Below are positions 51,468 through 64,000 of a DNA stretch of 64,000 bases, piece by piece. The stretch covers positions 1,824,001 through 1,888,000 of the forward strand of contig CAUVXB020000002.1 of assembly GCA_963555825.3 (NCBI GenBank), given 5' to 3'. Source of the stretch: Alphaproteobacteria bacterium (GTDB taxonomy: Bacteria > Pseudomonadota > Alphaproteobacteria > JAAXGF01). The notes beneath the pieces are model-generated. The model searched no databases. It was not told the origin of the DNA and saw only the letters and a list, made by a program, of their open reading frames with translations. Made by a program: the position numbers and the translations under genes. Each line of letters starts with the position of its first letter. Position 1 is the stretch's first letter.

Positions 51468-52232
51468 GTGGCACAGAGTGTCAAGGCGATCACCTTCGAT
51501 CTGTGGGATACCATGATCGCCGACGAGACCGACGAACCGAAGCGCGTCGCCCAGGGCCTCGACACCAAGACCATGACGCGGCGCGTACTGGTCCACGAGG
51601 CGTTGAACGCGCATGGCGACGCGTTCGCCTTCGACACCGTGGTGTCCGCCTATGACGTGGTCGACGCCGCCTTCACCAAGGTCTGGAAGCAGCACCACAC
51701 CACCTGGACCGTGCGCGAACGGCTCGGCGTGTTGTTCACCGGCCTCGGCCGCCACCTGCCCGACGACGCCTTCGACGCACTCGTCACCGCGCATGAACGC
51801 ATGGAGATCGAGGTGCCGCCCGACACCGTGCCCGGCATCGCCGAGGCGCTTGCGGCGCTCGACGGGCGCTACAAGATGTGCGTCGTCTCGGACACCATCG
51901 TCTCGCCCGGCGGCGTACTGCGCGAGCTGCTGGCGCATCACGGCATCGAGCGTTATTTCGACGCCTTCGTGTTCTCCGACGAGGTCGGCCGCGCGAAACC
52001 CGACCCGGCCATGTTCCACGCCGCCGCCGAGCGGCTCGGCGTCGAGTTCGGCGAGATGCTGCACATCGGCGACCGCGACCACAACGACGTCAAGGGCCCA
52101 CATGCGCTCGGCATGAAGGCGATCCTGTTCACCGCCCAGCGCGCGGTCGACGCGGCGACGACCAGCGCCGATGCGATCTGTCACGACCACACCGAGTTGC
52201 CGGCCATCATCGATGCGCTGGCGGCCGGCTGA
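51468..52232 (+). CDS. HAD family hydrolase
   Basis: FDLWDT, KPDP, HIGD...D. Confidence 0.88.
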   Translation: MAQSVKAITFDLWDTMIADETDEPKRVAQGLDTKTMTRRVLVHEALNAHGDAFAFDTVVSAYDVVDAAFTKVWKQHHTTWTVRERLGVLFTGLGRHLPDDAFDALVTAHERMEIEVPPDTVPGIAEALAALDGRYKMCVVSDTIVSPGGVLRELLAHHGIERYFDAFVFSDEVGRAKPDPAMFHAAAERLGVEFGEMLHIGDRDHNDVKGPHALGMKAILFTAQRAVDAATTSADAICHDHTELPAIIDALAAG

Positions 52233-52244
52233 AGGAGACCCGAC

Positions 52245-53102
52245 ATGAGCCGAGAGCCCCGATTCCTCGTCGTCGACGGCTATGCCAAGGCGGGCCGCGA
52301 GGAGCTCGCCGCCGGCGGCGCGTCGATGGCCGGCGAGCTCTACACCCAGATGCTGCGCCGCTTCGTGCCCAAGGCCGAGGTCGACACCGTCTTCCCGTCG
52401 GACGCCGACGCCACGCTGCCGTCGGGCGCCGCGCTCGACCAGTACGACGGCATCGGCTGGACCGGCTGCAGCCTGACTGTGTTCGACGACGACGAACGCG
52501 TCAAACGCCAGATTGAATTCTGCCGCGCCGCCTTCGACGCCGGCGTGCCGAGCTTCGGCAGCTGCTGGGCGTTGCAGATCGCGGTGGTCGCCGCCGGCGG
52601 CGAATGCCGGGCCAACCCGCGCGGCCGCGAAATGGGCATCGCGCGCAAGGTCGCCCTGACGCCCGAGGGCCGCGCCCATCCGATGTACGCCGGCAAGCCG
52701 ACCGTGTTCGACGCCTTCATCAGCCACGTCGACGAGGTGACGCATCTGCCGTCGGGCGCGGTGCTGCTCGCCTCGAACCAGTTCACCCATATTCAGGCGG
52801 CCTGCGTCACCTTGGGCACCGGCATCTTCTGGGGGCTGCAGTACCACCCGGAATACGACCTGCACGAGATGGCGCGGCTGATCTACTGCCGGCGCACCAA
52901 GCTGACCGATTTCGGCTTCTTTCGCGACGAGGACCAGGCGCTCGCCTATGTCGACCAGCTCGAGGTGCTGCACCAGGACCCGTCGCGCTACGACATCGCC
53001 TGGGCGCTCGGCCTCGACGACGATGTGATGCGGCCCGAAATCCGCCAATGTGAGGTCGGCAACTGGATTTCCCAGCAGGTGCTGCCTGCGTTGAGCCGTT
53101 AG
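52245..53102 (+). CDS. Class I glutamine amidotransferase-like protein
   Basis: GSCWALQ nucleophile, H.D.V, QYHPE. Confidence 0.85.
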   Translation: MSREPRFLVVDGYAKAGREELAAGGASMAGELYTQMLRRFVPKAEVDTVFPSDADATLPSGAALDQYDGIGWTGCSLTVFDDDERVKRQIEFCRAAFDAGVPSFGSCWALQIAVVAAGGECRANPRGREMGIARKVALTPEGRAHPMYAGKPTVFDAFISHVDEVTHLPSGAVLLASNQFTHIQAACVTLGTGIFWGLQYHPEYDLHEMARLIYCRRTKLTDFGFFRDEDQALAYVDQLEVLHQDPSRYDIAWALGLDDDVMRPEIRQCEVGNWISQQVLPALSR

Positions 53103-53104
53103 CG

Positions 53105-54325
53105 ATGATTGTCCGGATCGTCGCGCTCTCACTTGCGTTTGCTCTGAGCGGCGCCGCGTTGGCCGCGCCGCCGGTCGTCGGCGAGCGCTTCGAGGTACGG
53201 GTCGAGGACCTGCCGGCGCCCTATGCCTCGGAGAGCGCCAGCAACCCGCCGCGGCGCGTCAACCGGCCGACCGGCGCGACGCTCCGGGTGCCGCCCGGCT
53301 TCCGCGCCAACATCTTCGCCGCCGGGCTCGATCACGCGCGCTGGATGACCGTGGCGGCCAACGGCGACGTCTTCCTCGCCGAGCCGGGCGCGGGCCGCAT
53401 CACGCTGCTGCGCGACGCCGATGGCGGCGGCGAGGCCGAGTTGATCGTGACCTTCGCGCGCGGCCTCGAGCGGCCGCACGGGCTGGCGATCGCCGGCGAC
53501 TACCTCTACGTCGCCGACGCGCGCCGCGTCTGGCGCTACCGCTACACGCCGGGCCAGACGCGCGCCATCGGCGGGCCGCTGCCGGTCACCGAGCGCGGCG
53601 CGTTCGGCCCCGGCGGCGGTCACTGGACGCGCAATCTCGCGTTCAACCGCGACGAGAGCCGTTTCTACGTCGCCATCGGCTCGGCCAGCAACATCCGCGT
53701 CGAGGACGAACCGCGCGCCACCGTCCAGGTCTTCGACATCGACGGGTCGAACCAGCGGACCTACGCGGCGGGCCTGCGCAACCCGGTCGGCATCGCGCTC
53801 CGGCCCGGCACCGACGACGTCTACGTCGCGGTCAACGAGCGCGACGGCATGGGCGACGGCCTGGTGCCCGATTATCTGACACGCCTCCAGGACGGCGCGT
53901 TCTACGGTTGGCCCTACGCCTATCTGGGCGCCAATCCGCAGCCGGGCCTGGGTGCGAAGCGGCCCGATCTGGTCGCCGCGACCGTCGTGCCCGACCTGTT
54001 GTTCGAAGCGCACTCGGCGCCGCTCGGCCTGGTATTCTACGACGGCGCGCAGTTCCCCGCCGAATACCGCGGCGACGCCTTCGTCGCGCTGCACGGCTCG
54101 TGGAATTCGGCCGAGCCGCGCGGCTACATGATCGCCCGCGTGCCGTTCGAGAACGGCCGTCCGGCGGCCCATTACGAGGCCTTCGTCACCGGCTTCTGGA
54201 TCGAGGGCGAGGACCGCGCGCGGGTCTTCGGCCGGCCCGCCGGGCTCGCCATCGCGGCCGACGGCAGCTTGCTTGTCGCGGACGACGTCGGCCAGGTCAT
54301 CTGGCGCGTCAGCTACCTGCCCTGA
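53105..54325 (+). CDS. PQQ-dependent sugar/sorbosone dehydrogenase family
   Basis: Signal peptide, HWTRN, GLRNPVG, NERD, YGWPY, HSAPLG, HGSWN. Confidence 0.9.
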   Translation: MIVRIVALSLAFALSGAALAAPPVVGERFEVRVEDLPAPYASESASNPPRRVNRPTGATLRVPPGFRANIFAAGLDHARWMTVAANGDVFLAEPGAGRITLLRDADGGGEAELIVTFARGLERPHGLAIAGDYLYVADARRVWRYRYTPGQTRAIGGPLPVTERGAFGPGGGHWTRNLAFNRDESRFYVAIGSASNIRVEDEPRATVQVFDIDGSNQRTYAAGLRNPVGIALRPGTDDVYVAVNERDGMGDGLVPDYLTRLQDGAFYGWPYAYLGANPQPGLGAKRPDLVAATVVPDLLFEAHSAPLGLVFYDGAQFPAEYRGDAFVALHGSWNSAEPRGYMIARVPFENGRPAAHYEAFVTGFWIEGEDRARVFGRPAGLAIAADGSLLVADDVGQVIWRVSYLP

Positions 54326-54340
54326 GATGATTGGGTTTTT

Positions 54341-54470
54341 TGTGCGGTCGACTTTACGCGTTGCGTAAAGTCCACCTGCGCTCAATCGCCGCGCATGCTT
54401 CCGCCGAACGGTCGGCGGCCCGCCCCTTCTTGTCCCAATTAGATTGGCGCGGGCTGGTAGATTCCGGCCG
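54341..54470 (+). repeat. Structured intergenic repeat family, copy 6
   Basis: TGTGCGGTC...TGCGCTCAATCGCCGCGC...CCGAACGGTCGGCGGC...GCGGGCTGG. Confidence 0.85.
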
Positions 54471-54510
54471 CCGTCTGGACGGCGCATTGTCGCCCCGCCA
54501 TACTGGCGCC

Positions 54511-55062
54511 ATGGCCGCCGACGAGAAGCCCGCCAAGCCGATCGGTCCGAGCATCCGCGAGGTGCCCGAGGGCGACACGCGCGAGCGCCTGGTCTGCGCG
54601 GACTGCGGCTACATCGCCTACGACAATCCCAAGGTGGTGGTCGGCGCGGTCTGCGCCTGGCACGGCCGTATCCTGCTGTGCCGCCGCGCGATCGAGCCGC
54701 GCCAGGGCTTCTGGACCATACCGGCGGGCTATTTCGAACAGGGCGAGACGACGGCCGAGGGCGCCGCGCGCGAGGTCGAGGAGGAGGCCGGCGCGCGCAT
54801 CGAGATCGAGGCGCTGCTGGCGGTCTATTCGATCCCGCGCCTCGGCCAGGTCCAGGTGATCTACGCCGCAAATCTGGTCGCGCCCGACATCGCGCCCGGC
54901 ATCGAGACGCTCGAGGCGCGGCTCGCCGCCTGGGACGACATCCCGTGGGACGACCTCGCCTTCCCCTCGGTGCGCTGGGCGCTACATCACTACCGCGAGT
55001 ACCGCTCGGGCGCGCCCTTCGCGGCGCGCTCGAACCCGCCGGGCGAGCTCGGCAACTTATAA
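54511..55062 (+). CDS. NUDIX hydrolase
   Basis: C..CG...YDNP, Nudix box G..E.GET..EGA.RE..EE. Confidence 0.9.
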   Translation: MAADEKPAKPIGPSIREVPEGDTRERLVCADCGYIAYDNPKVVVGAVCAWHGRILLCRRAIEPRQGFWTIPAGYFEQGETTAEGAAREVEEEAGARIEIEALLAVYSIPRLGQVQVIYAANLVAPDIAPGIETLEARLAAWDDIPWDDLAFPSVRWALHHYREYRSGAPFAARSNPPGELGNL

Positions 55063-55517
55063 CGCCGCCACACCAAGCGGCCATCGAGGGAGGATCGACA
55101 CATGGCAGACCCCGTGGTCTACGGCCCCGCATACAGCACCTACACGCGAAGCGCCCGCCTGGCGCTCGAGGAGAAGGGCGTCCCCTACCGGCTCGAGGAA
55201 ATCGATATGTTGGGCGGCGCCTGCGCCGAGCCCGAGTATCTCGCGCGCCACCCCTTCGCCAAGGTGCCGGCGTTCGAGCACGATGGCTTCCGCATCTACG
55301 AGACCTCCGCGATCATGCGCTACGTCGACGAGGCGTTCGATGGCCCCGCCCTGCAGCCCGCCGATGCCAAGGGCCGCGCGCGCATGGAACAGGTGATCAG
55401 CGTGATCGATAGCTACGGCTATCCATCGCTCGTCGGCGGCCTGGTCATGCAGCGCCTGGTGGCGCCGATGCTGGGCAACGAGTGCGACGAGGCGGTAGTC
55501 GCCGAGGCGCTGCCCAA

Positions 55518-57171
55518 GGGTGCGAGTCTCGCATGGCAGTGATGTCTGCGGCTTGGTTCGTTGAGTTCAGGCAGCGATTGCCATGGCTGCTGCACGTGGA
55601 CTGATGTTGTCGTTGGCCGGTGTGTCGGTTGCGCTGATCAGGGCCTTCCATGCCCGCTCGAAGCGGCCGGATTTGATCAGGGCGCGGAAGGTCAGAACAG
55701 CCTGTCCGCCGACGATCCGCCAGCGCATGCCGGAGCGCTTCATGCGCTGTGTCACCAGGGTCTTGTTGGCAGCTTCGACCACGCCTGAGCCGATGGCGAT
55801 GCCCTCTTCCTTCAGGGCGTGGTAGCGCATGCGATGGCGATGCTTGCGGAAGAAGGCGAGTTCCCGCTCGGTCTCGGCCCGGTCCGGCGCAGCGGCGGCA
55901 TCGCGAAGGTGGCGCAGCGCCCGGATCACCTTGGCGACGCCACGGGGATCGTGACGGAGGATCTCGCGGTACTTCTCGAACCAGCCGGGCGCCACGGCAT
56001 GGTCGGACGCGGTTTGCAGATGTTCGCAAGCATGCCAGAAGTCGATCACCTCGGTTTCGGGCGACAGGGTCTCCAGGAAGGTCCAGTTGTCGGCGGCGCC
56101 ATCGGCGATAGCGACGATCCCGATCTCGGGGCGTGCTCGCCTGATGTGTGCGACTTCGCTTGCAAGCTGCGCCTTCAGCGTGAGCTTGCCGCTCTCCGGC
56201 ATGCGGCCGAGATAGAGGGTCTTCAGGCGCTTGCCCTCGGCGTCGTGGAAGGAGACCGTGCCGCAGGCAGCCTCGCGCCAGGAGGCCTTGGCGCGACCGT
56301 CCTCGCCGGGTCTCAGCGGCACCATGACGCCGTCGAGGGAGACCGAGGCGGTGGTCGCGTCCTGCGGTATGCCCTCGGCCTCACGGATGCTGCCCAGCGT
56401 CTCCGGGCCGAGGCTCTCCCAGCATTCGTGCATGCTCAGGGTCAGGCGCTGCAGGGTGCTCACCGACGGCGTCATGGCGCCGGTCTTCGCAAAGAACGCC
56501 GCCGCTTCCCGGGCCGTGCAGTGACCCATCATCAGCAGACCGAGCTCGGCCGCCGGCCGCGTCAGGTAATCGTCGACGAGGCCCAGGCTCTCGTCGACCG
56601 GCACCGGCGATGCCCCGCTCGCGCCGCTGCGGTAACGCGCTCGCCGGTAGGTCACCGGACCGAGCGAGGTCATGATCGTCTTCGGCGTCACCGCGACCCG
56701 GAACCAGCTCTGCCCGTCCCGCTCGATCCGGGAAGCGCCATCGTCCCGGTTCTCGATGACGGCGCCCATGACATCGCGAGCGAACTCGTTCGTGGCCTCA
56801 CGCACCCGCAACTCGACCTCCTCGGGCGCCTCGGGGCGCGGCTCGGAACGAAGCTCCTCGCGACACAGTGCGAGCACCCGGGCGGCCGCCTCGACGACCC
56901 GAGGAGGCAGGCCGGAAAGATCGATGGACGAAGGCGCCGGAGGCGGGGATACTGCCATGGGAATGCTCCCGATGTTGGGTTTCGAGACACGGCATCGTAC
57001 CGCTTCTGGCGGTGCGGAGCGTTCCCACCTTCCCCTGCTCGACCCTGCCGTCGTGACAAAATCCTGCCTTGGAGCGGCCCATTGTCACGAATAGCCGATT
57101 TCGGCCGTTCGTCTCGACACAAAAAACGCACTAAATCAATGACTTAGATTTTCCATACCAGACCCACACCC
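55518..57171 (-). mobile_element. ISKra4/ISLre2-like insertion sequence
   Basis: Imperfect IRs GGGTGCGAGTCT / GGGTGTGGGTCT; 8-bp direct repeat CTGCCCAA at 55510-55517 and 57172-57179. Confidence 0.88.
55567..56958 (-). CDS. ISKra4/ISLre2-like DDE transposase
   Basis: SLDG, ADGA..NW, DFWHACEHL, IGSGVVE, RMKRSGMRW. Confidence 0.88.
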   Translation of the reverse strand: MAVSPPPAPSSIDLSGLPPRVVEAAARVLALCREELRSEPRPEAPEEVELRVREATNEFARDVMGAVIENRDDGASRIERDGQSWFRVAVTPKTIMTSLGPVTYRRARYRSGASGASPVPVDESLGLVDDYLTRPAAELGLLMMGHCTAREAAAFFAKTGAMTPSVSTLQRLTLSMHECWESLGPETLGSIREAEGIPQDATTASVSLDGVMVPLRPGEDGRAKASWREAACGTVSFHDAEGKRLKTLYLGRMPESGKLTLKAQLASEVAHIRRARPEIGIVAIADGAADNWTFLETLSPETEVIDFWHACEHLQTASDHAVAPGWFEKYREILRHDPRGVAKVIRALRHLRDAAAAPDRAETERELAFFRKHRHRMRYHALKEEGIAIGSGVVEAANKTLVTQRMKRSGMRWRIVGGQAVLTFRALIKSGRFERAWKALISATDTPANDNISPRAAAMAIAA

Positions 57172-57421
57172 CTGCCCAAGGCCGCCACCAGCGTCGAGGC
57201 GCTCGGCGCGATCCTCGGCGACGACGCCTATCTGGCGGGCGAGACGATGAGCCTCGCCGATCTCCACGCCGTGCCGATCTTCTCTTACGTGTCGAACATC
57301 CCCGAATGCGCCGCGATGATCTCCGCCCAGCCGACCATGACGCGCTGGTGGCAGGCGATGAGCGCGCGCGAGAGCGTGGTGAAGACCGAGCCGGTGTTTG
57401 ATTGAGGGGGAAGAGGGCGCC

Positions 57422-59248
57422 CTAACGCCTGCCGAACAGCTTCTCGATGTCGGCCAGCTTGAGGGTTACCGAGGTCGGCCGGCCGTGGTTGCACTGGCCC
57501 GAGTTGGGCGTCGCCTCCATCTCGCGCAACAGCGCGTTCATCTCGGGCACGCCGAGCACGCGGCCGGCGCGCACGCTGCCGTGACAGGCCATCGTCGAGC
57601 AGACCTCGTCGAGGCGTTCGCGCAGGCTGTGCGCGGCGCCCATTTCGGCGAGCTCGTCGGCGAGGTCGCGCACCAGGCCCTGGATGTCGCTCTCGCCGAG
57701 CAGCCCGGGCACCTCGCGCACGACCACGGCACCCTCGCCGAACGGCTCGAGCGCGAGGCCGAGTTCGGCGAGCTCGTCGGCGCGTTCGGCGAGCCGCGCC
57801 ACCGCCGCCGCCTCGAGCTCGACGACCTCGGGTATCAGCAGGCCCTGGCGGGCGACGCCCGAGGCCGCCAGCGCCGCCTTCATGCGCTCGTAGACGAGGC
57901 GCTCGTGGGCGGCGTGCTGGTCGACGATGACGATGCCGTCTTGCGTTTGCGCGACGATGTAGGTGGCGTGCAGCTGGCCGCGCGCGGCGCCCAGCGGATA
58001 GGCCATCGCGGCGGTATCGGTCTCGTCGGCCTCGACGCGGCCCGACGGCGCCGCGATATCGCCGGCGAGCGGCGCGTGATAGGCCGCGGCGGCCTCGGCG
58101 AGGCCGGCCGGCAGGCACGTCGTTACGCCATGACCGTAGCCGCCGCCGCGGTGCGGCGCCATCGGCAGCACCGGCGTTGCGCCGTCGTTGGGCCGGAAGG
58201 CGGCGAGCGCGGCCTCGCCGACGGTCGTCGCGGCGCGGTGACCGGCCGCCGCCAGCGCGTGCTTGAGCGCGCCGACGATCAAGCCGCGCACCACCCCTGA
58301 GTCGCGGAACCGCACCTCGGCCTTGGCCGGGTGGACGTTGACGTCGACCGCGTCGGCCGGCGCCGTGACGAACAGCGCGACCATCGGGTAGCGGTCGCGC
58401 GCCAGCACGTCGGCATAGGCGCCGCGCAGCGCGCCGATGACCAGCCGGTCGCGCACCGGACGGCCGTTGACGAACAGGTGCTGGGCGCGCGCCGTACCGC
58501 GGTTGAGCGTCGGCAGCGAGGCGTAGCCGGTGAGCCTGACGCCCTCGCGCTCGGCGTCGATCTCGAGCGCGTTGTCGGCGAAGCTGCGGCCCATGACCTG
58601 GGCGAGCCGCTCGAGCCGGCCGCCGTCGTCGTCGGCCAGCGCCGGCACCGCCGCCAGCCGCACCACCGTCCGCCCGTCGGCGGTCAGCGAAAACCCGATG
58701 CGCGGATGCGCCATGGCCAGCTTGTTGACCGCCTCGGCGGCGTGGTCGAGTTCGGTGCGTGGCGTTTTGAGGAACTTGAGCCGCGCCGGGGTGGCGTAGA
58801 ACAGGTCGCGCACCTCGACCCGCGTGCCCTGGGCGAGCGCCGCCGGCGCCGGCTCGCCCTTGCGCCCGGCGTCGATCGCGATCGACCAGGCCGCCTCGGC
58901 GCCCGCCGCGCGGCTGGTCATGGTGAAGCGGCTGACCGAGGCGATCGCCGGCAGCGCCTCGCCGCGGAAGCCGAGCGCGGTGATGCGCAGCAGGTCGTCG
59001 CCGTCGGGCAGCTTCGAGGTCGCGTGGCGCTCGACGGCGAGTGCGAGCTCGTCGGCGTCCATGCCGCGGCCATCGTCGGTCACGCTGATCGCGGTGCGCC
59101 CGCCCGCGTCCATGATGACGTCGATGCGCGCGGCACCCGCGTCGATGGCGTTCTCGACCAGCTCCTTGACCACCGAAGCGGGGCGTTCGACGACCTCGCC
59201 GGCGGCGATGCGGTTGACGGTGGCGGGCGGCAGGATGCGGATCGTCAT
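57422..59248 (-). CDS. mutL: DNA mismatch repair protein MutL
   Basis: [39 protein letters not shown]. Confidence 0.97.
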   Translation of the reverse strand: MTIRILPPATVNRIAAGEVVERPASVVKELVENAIDAGAARIDVIMDAGGRTAISVTDDGRGMDADELALAVERHATSKLPDGDDLLRITALGFRGEALPAIASVSRFTMTSRAAGAEAAWSIAIDAGRKGEPAPAALAQGTRVEVRDLFYATPARLKFLKTPRTELDHAAEAVNKLAMAHPRIGFSLTADGRTVVRLAAVPALADDDGGRLERLAQVMGRSFADNALEIDAEREGVRLTGYASLPTLNRGTARAQHLFVNGRPVRDRLVIGALRGAYADVLARDRYPMVALFVTAPADAVDVNVHPAKAEVRFRDSGVVRGLIVGALKHALAAAGHRAATTVGEAALAAFRPNDGATPVLPMAPHRGGGYGHGVTTCLPAGLAEAAAAYHAPLAGDIAAPSGRVEADETDTAAMAYPLGAARGQLHATYIVAQTQDGIVIVDQHAAHERLVYERMKAALAASGVARQGLLIPEVVELEAAAVARLAERADELAELGLALEPFGEGAVVVREVPGLLGESDIQGLVRDLADELAEMGAAHSLRERLDEVCSTMACHGSVRAGRVLGVPEMNALLREMEATPNSGQCNHGRPTSVTLKLADIEKLFGRR

Positions 59249-60549
59249 GCCGTCGCCTCGGTCGCGACCCTCTCGCCGGCCAGATAGGCGCGGGTGCGCG
59301 CCTTGCCGGCGTCGACCGCCGGCTGGTCGAACGGATCGACGCCCAGTATGCCGGCGGCCAGGATGGTCTCGATCATGAAATGCATGATGAGCCCGCCGAG
59401 CACGCGCTCGTCGAGCACCTCGAGCCGGAAAATCCGCACCGGGCGGCCGTTCTCGGCCAGCACGTCGGCGGTGGCGCGCTGCTCGGCGTCGATCAGGTCG
59501 CCGATCGTCTTGCCCTCCAGATAGCCGAACCCCGGGTCGTCGGCGAGGCCCGAGGGGATCGCCGGGCCGGTGCCGGCGGCCTCGAGCGCGATCAGCGTGA
59601 ACATCTTGTCGCGTGGTCCGGCCAGGTAGAGCTGCAGCTGGCTGTGCTGGTCGGTCGCGCCGCGCGCGTCGATCGGCGTCGTGCCCTGGCCGTCCTTGCC
59701 CAGGCTTTCGGCCCACAGCTGGCGGTACCACCGGGCGAAGCACGCCAGGCGGTCGACGTAGGGCATCATCACGGTCTGACTGACGCCGTGGCCGCGCGCC
59801 AGCCCGATCGAGACCGCGGCGCCCATGGCGGGCGGCGACTGCGAGGCGTCGGACGCCCTGAGCGTCGCGTCGAGCACCTCGGCCGCGCCCTCGCGCAGCG
59901 CCACTGCGTCGAGGCCGACGGCCAGCGCCGGCACCAGCCCGACCAGCGAGAGCACCGAGAAGCGGCCGGCGACGTCCGGGTCGTGGTCGAGTATCGGCAG
60001 TCCCCAGCGCTCGGCGAGGCCGCGCAGCGGCGACGCGCCGGGCTCGGTGATGACGGTGAAATGCTCGGCGGCCGTGTCGCCCAGCGCGCGGCGTTGGGCG
60101 TCGAGCGCGACCAGCGTCTGGGCCAGCGTCTCGGCCGTCGTCCCCGTCTTGGAGATCGCCAGGTAGCCGGTCTGCGCCGCATCGCGGGTGTCGATCAGCC
60201 GGGCCAAGCTCGCCGGGTCGATATTGTCGGCGAAGTGGAGCCGCGGCCGATCGTGCCGCGCCTCGGCGAGCGCCGCGAGCGCCTGACCACCGAGGCTCGA
60301 GCCGCCGGCGCCCAGTACGACGAGATCGTCGAACCGGGCGAGCCGCGCCGCCGCCGCCTCGATGTCGGCGAGGTCGGCGCGCGCGCCGGCCAACCGCAGC
60401 GGCGCCATGCCGCCGCCGTCGAGCGTCAGGCGCAAATTCTCGAGCGCGCGGCCGGCGTCGACCAGCGCCTCGGCGTAGGCGTCGACTTCGAGCCCGCCAA
60501 CGCCGATGCGCTGGGCGAAACAATCGTCGATGAGTTGGCGATAGGGCAT
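59245..60549 (-). CDS. pgi: Glucose-6-phosphate isomerase
   Basis: [44 protein letters not shown]. Confidence 0.92.
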   Translation of the reverse strand: MPYRQLIDDCFAQRIGVGGLEVDAYAEALVDAGRALENLRLTLDGGGMAPLRLAGARADLADIEAAAARLARFDDLVVLGAGGSSLGGQALAALAEARHDRPRLHFADNIDPASLARLIDTRDAAQTGYLAISKTGTTAETLAQTLVALDAQRRALGDTAAEHFTVITEPGASPLRGLAERWGLPILDHDPDVAGRFSVLSLVGLVPALAVGLDAVALREGAAEVLDATLRASDASQSPPAMGAAVSIGLARGHGVSQTVMMPYVDRLACFARWYRQLWAESLGKDGQGTTPIDARGATDQHSQLQLYLAGPRDKMFTLIALEAAGTGPAIPSGLADDPGFGYLEGKTIGDLIDAEQRATADVLAENGRPVRIFRLEVLDERVLGGLIMHFMIETILAAGILGVDPFDQPAVDAGKARTRAYLAGERVATEATA

Positions 60550-60769
60550 CGCTGGCGGCTGTGTCCGCGAATTCGTGACGGCGGCGGCTTGGCAGAACCT
60601 AGCCCATGCAGCCAAGCTTCGCCAGCGCCGAGAACCCACGTCGCCGCTGTCCACCGATTCGATCTTTATGACGCCTCCGGAAAGCCATAAGATACGCGCA
60701 TCGGCATGCCCGCTTCGGCCCTTTCGCGGCCGGCGCCCGGCCCGTCATCGAGCCCAAGGGAGGCCCGCC

Positions 60770-63529
<2,760 letters not shown>

Positions 63530-63609
63530 GCGGACCGTTCGCCGCGTCAGCCCACGCGTCACCGAAAAGTGATTCGCGCGCGAGCATCGGCTCGCCTAGG
63601 TTTCTTGCC

Positions 63610-64000
63610 ATGAAGGTTCGCCTACTCTCCTCGATGTTCCTGTTGGCCGCGGTGGCCGTGCCGTTGGGCGCAGCCACCGTCGATGCCGGCGCGGCCAAAC
63701 CGGTCACGCTGGTCGAGCTTTATACCTCGCAGGGCTGCTCGTCCTGCCCGCCAGCCGAGCGCTTCTCGGCCGAGCTCGACAAGCGCGACGTCGTCGTCGT
63801 GTTGACCATGCACGTCAACTATTGGGACTACATCGGCTGGACCGACCCGTTCGCCAGCGACGAAACGACCGACCGCCAGCGCGCATACGGCCGCAGGTTG
63901 GCGCGCGGCATGGTCTACACGCCGCAGATGGTCATCGATGGCGTGCACGACGCGGTCGGCTCCGACAGATACGCGGTCAACCGCGCCATCGCCGAGGCGC
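63610..64000 (+). CDS. DUF1223-like thioredoxin-fold exported protein (partial)
   Basis: Signal peptide, VELYTSQGCSSCPPA, HVNYWDYIGW.DPF, YTPQMV. Confidence 0.85.
   Translation, partial: MKVRLLSSMFLLAAVAVPLGAATVDAGAAKPVTLVELYTSQGCSSCPPAERFSAELDKRDVVVVLTMHVNYWDYIGWTDPFASDETTDRQRAYGRRLARGMVYTPQMVIDGVHDAVGSDRYAVNRAIAEA

Larger units (their letters stand above)
55102..57405 (+). pseudogene. Glutathione S-transferase interrupted by an IS
   Basis: N-terminal part (HPFAKVP, YETSAI) to 55517; C-terminal part (YLAGETMSLADL) resumes at 57180 and stops at 57405. Confidence 0.9.

Overview
High-GC chromosomal window, probably from an Alphaproteobacterium (inferred from GC content and gene set). Housekeeping and metabolic genes include tesA-ybbA-ybbP, a Bax inhibitor-1/YccA protein, panC, yejABEF, a hisN-like gene, mutL, pgi and acnA. 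There is a DeoR-linked cluster with a betaine/TMAO-type ABC importer, a choline-kinase-like gene and a GcvT-family oxidase. A lower-GC organoarsenic islet (arsR, two arsI-like genes, metallophosphoesterase, frameshifted hydrolase, DUF5680-like gene, aquaporin) follows. Three IS elements have recognisable ends: IS256 in an amidase, an IS630 element, and an ISKra4/ISLre2-like element in a GST gene. A REP-associated HUH tyrosine transposase (RAYT) is flanked by GGGGTCAGAC-type palindromes. The most unusual non-coding signals are (1) a 267-nt, almost fully base-paired Y-shaped element at 9070-9336 and (2) a modular structured repeat of about 100-160 nt, present six times, with five copies starting 5-15 nt after a stop codon. 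All calls come from reading motifs by eye; no database searches or folding programs were run.
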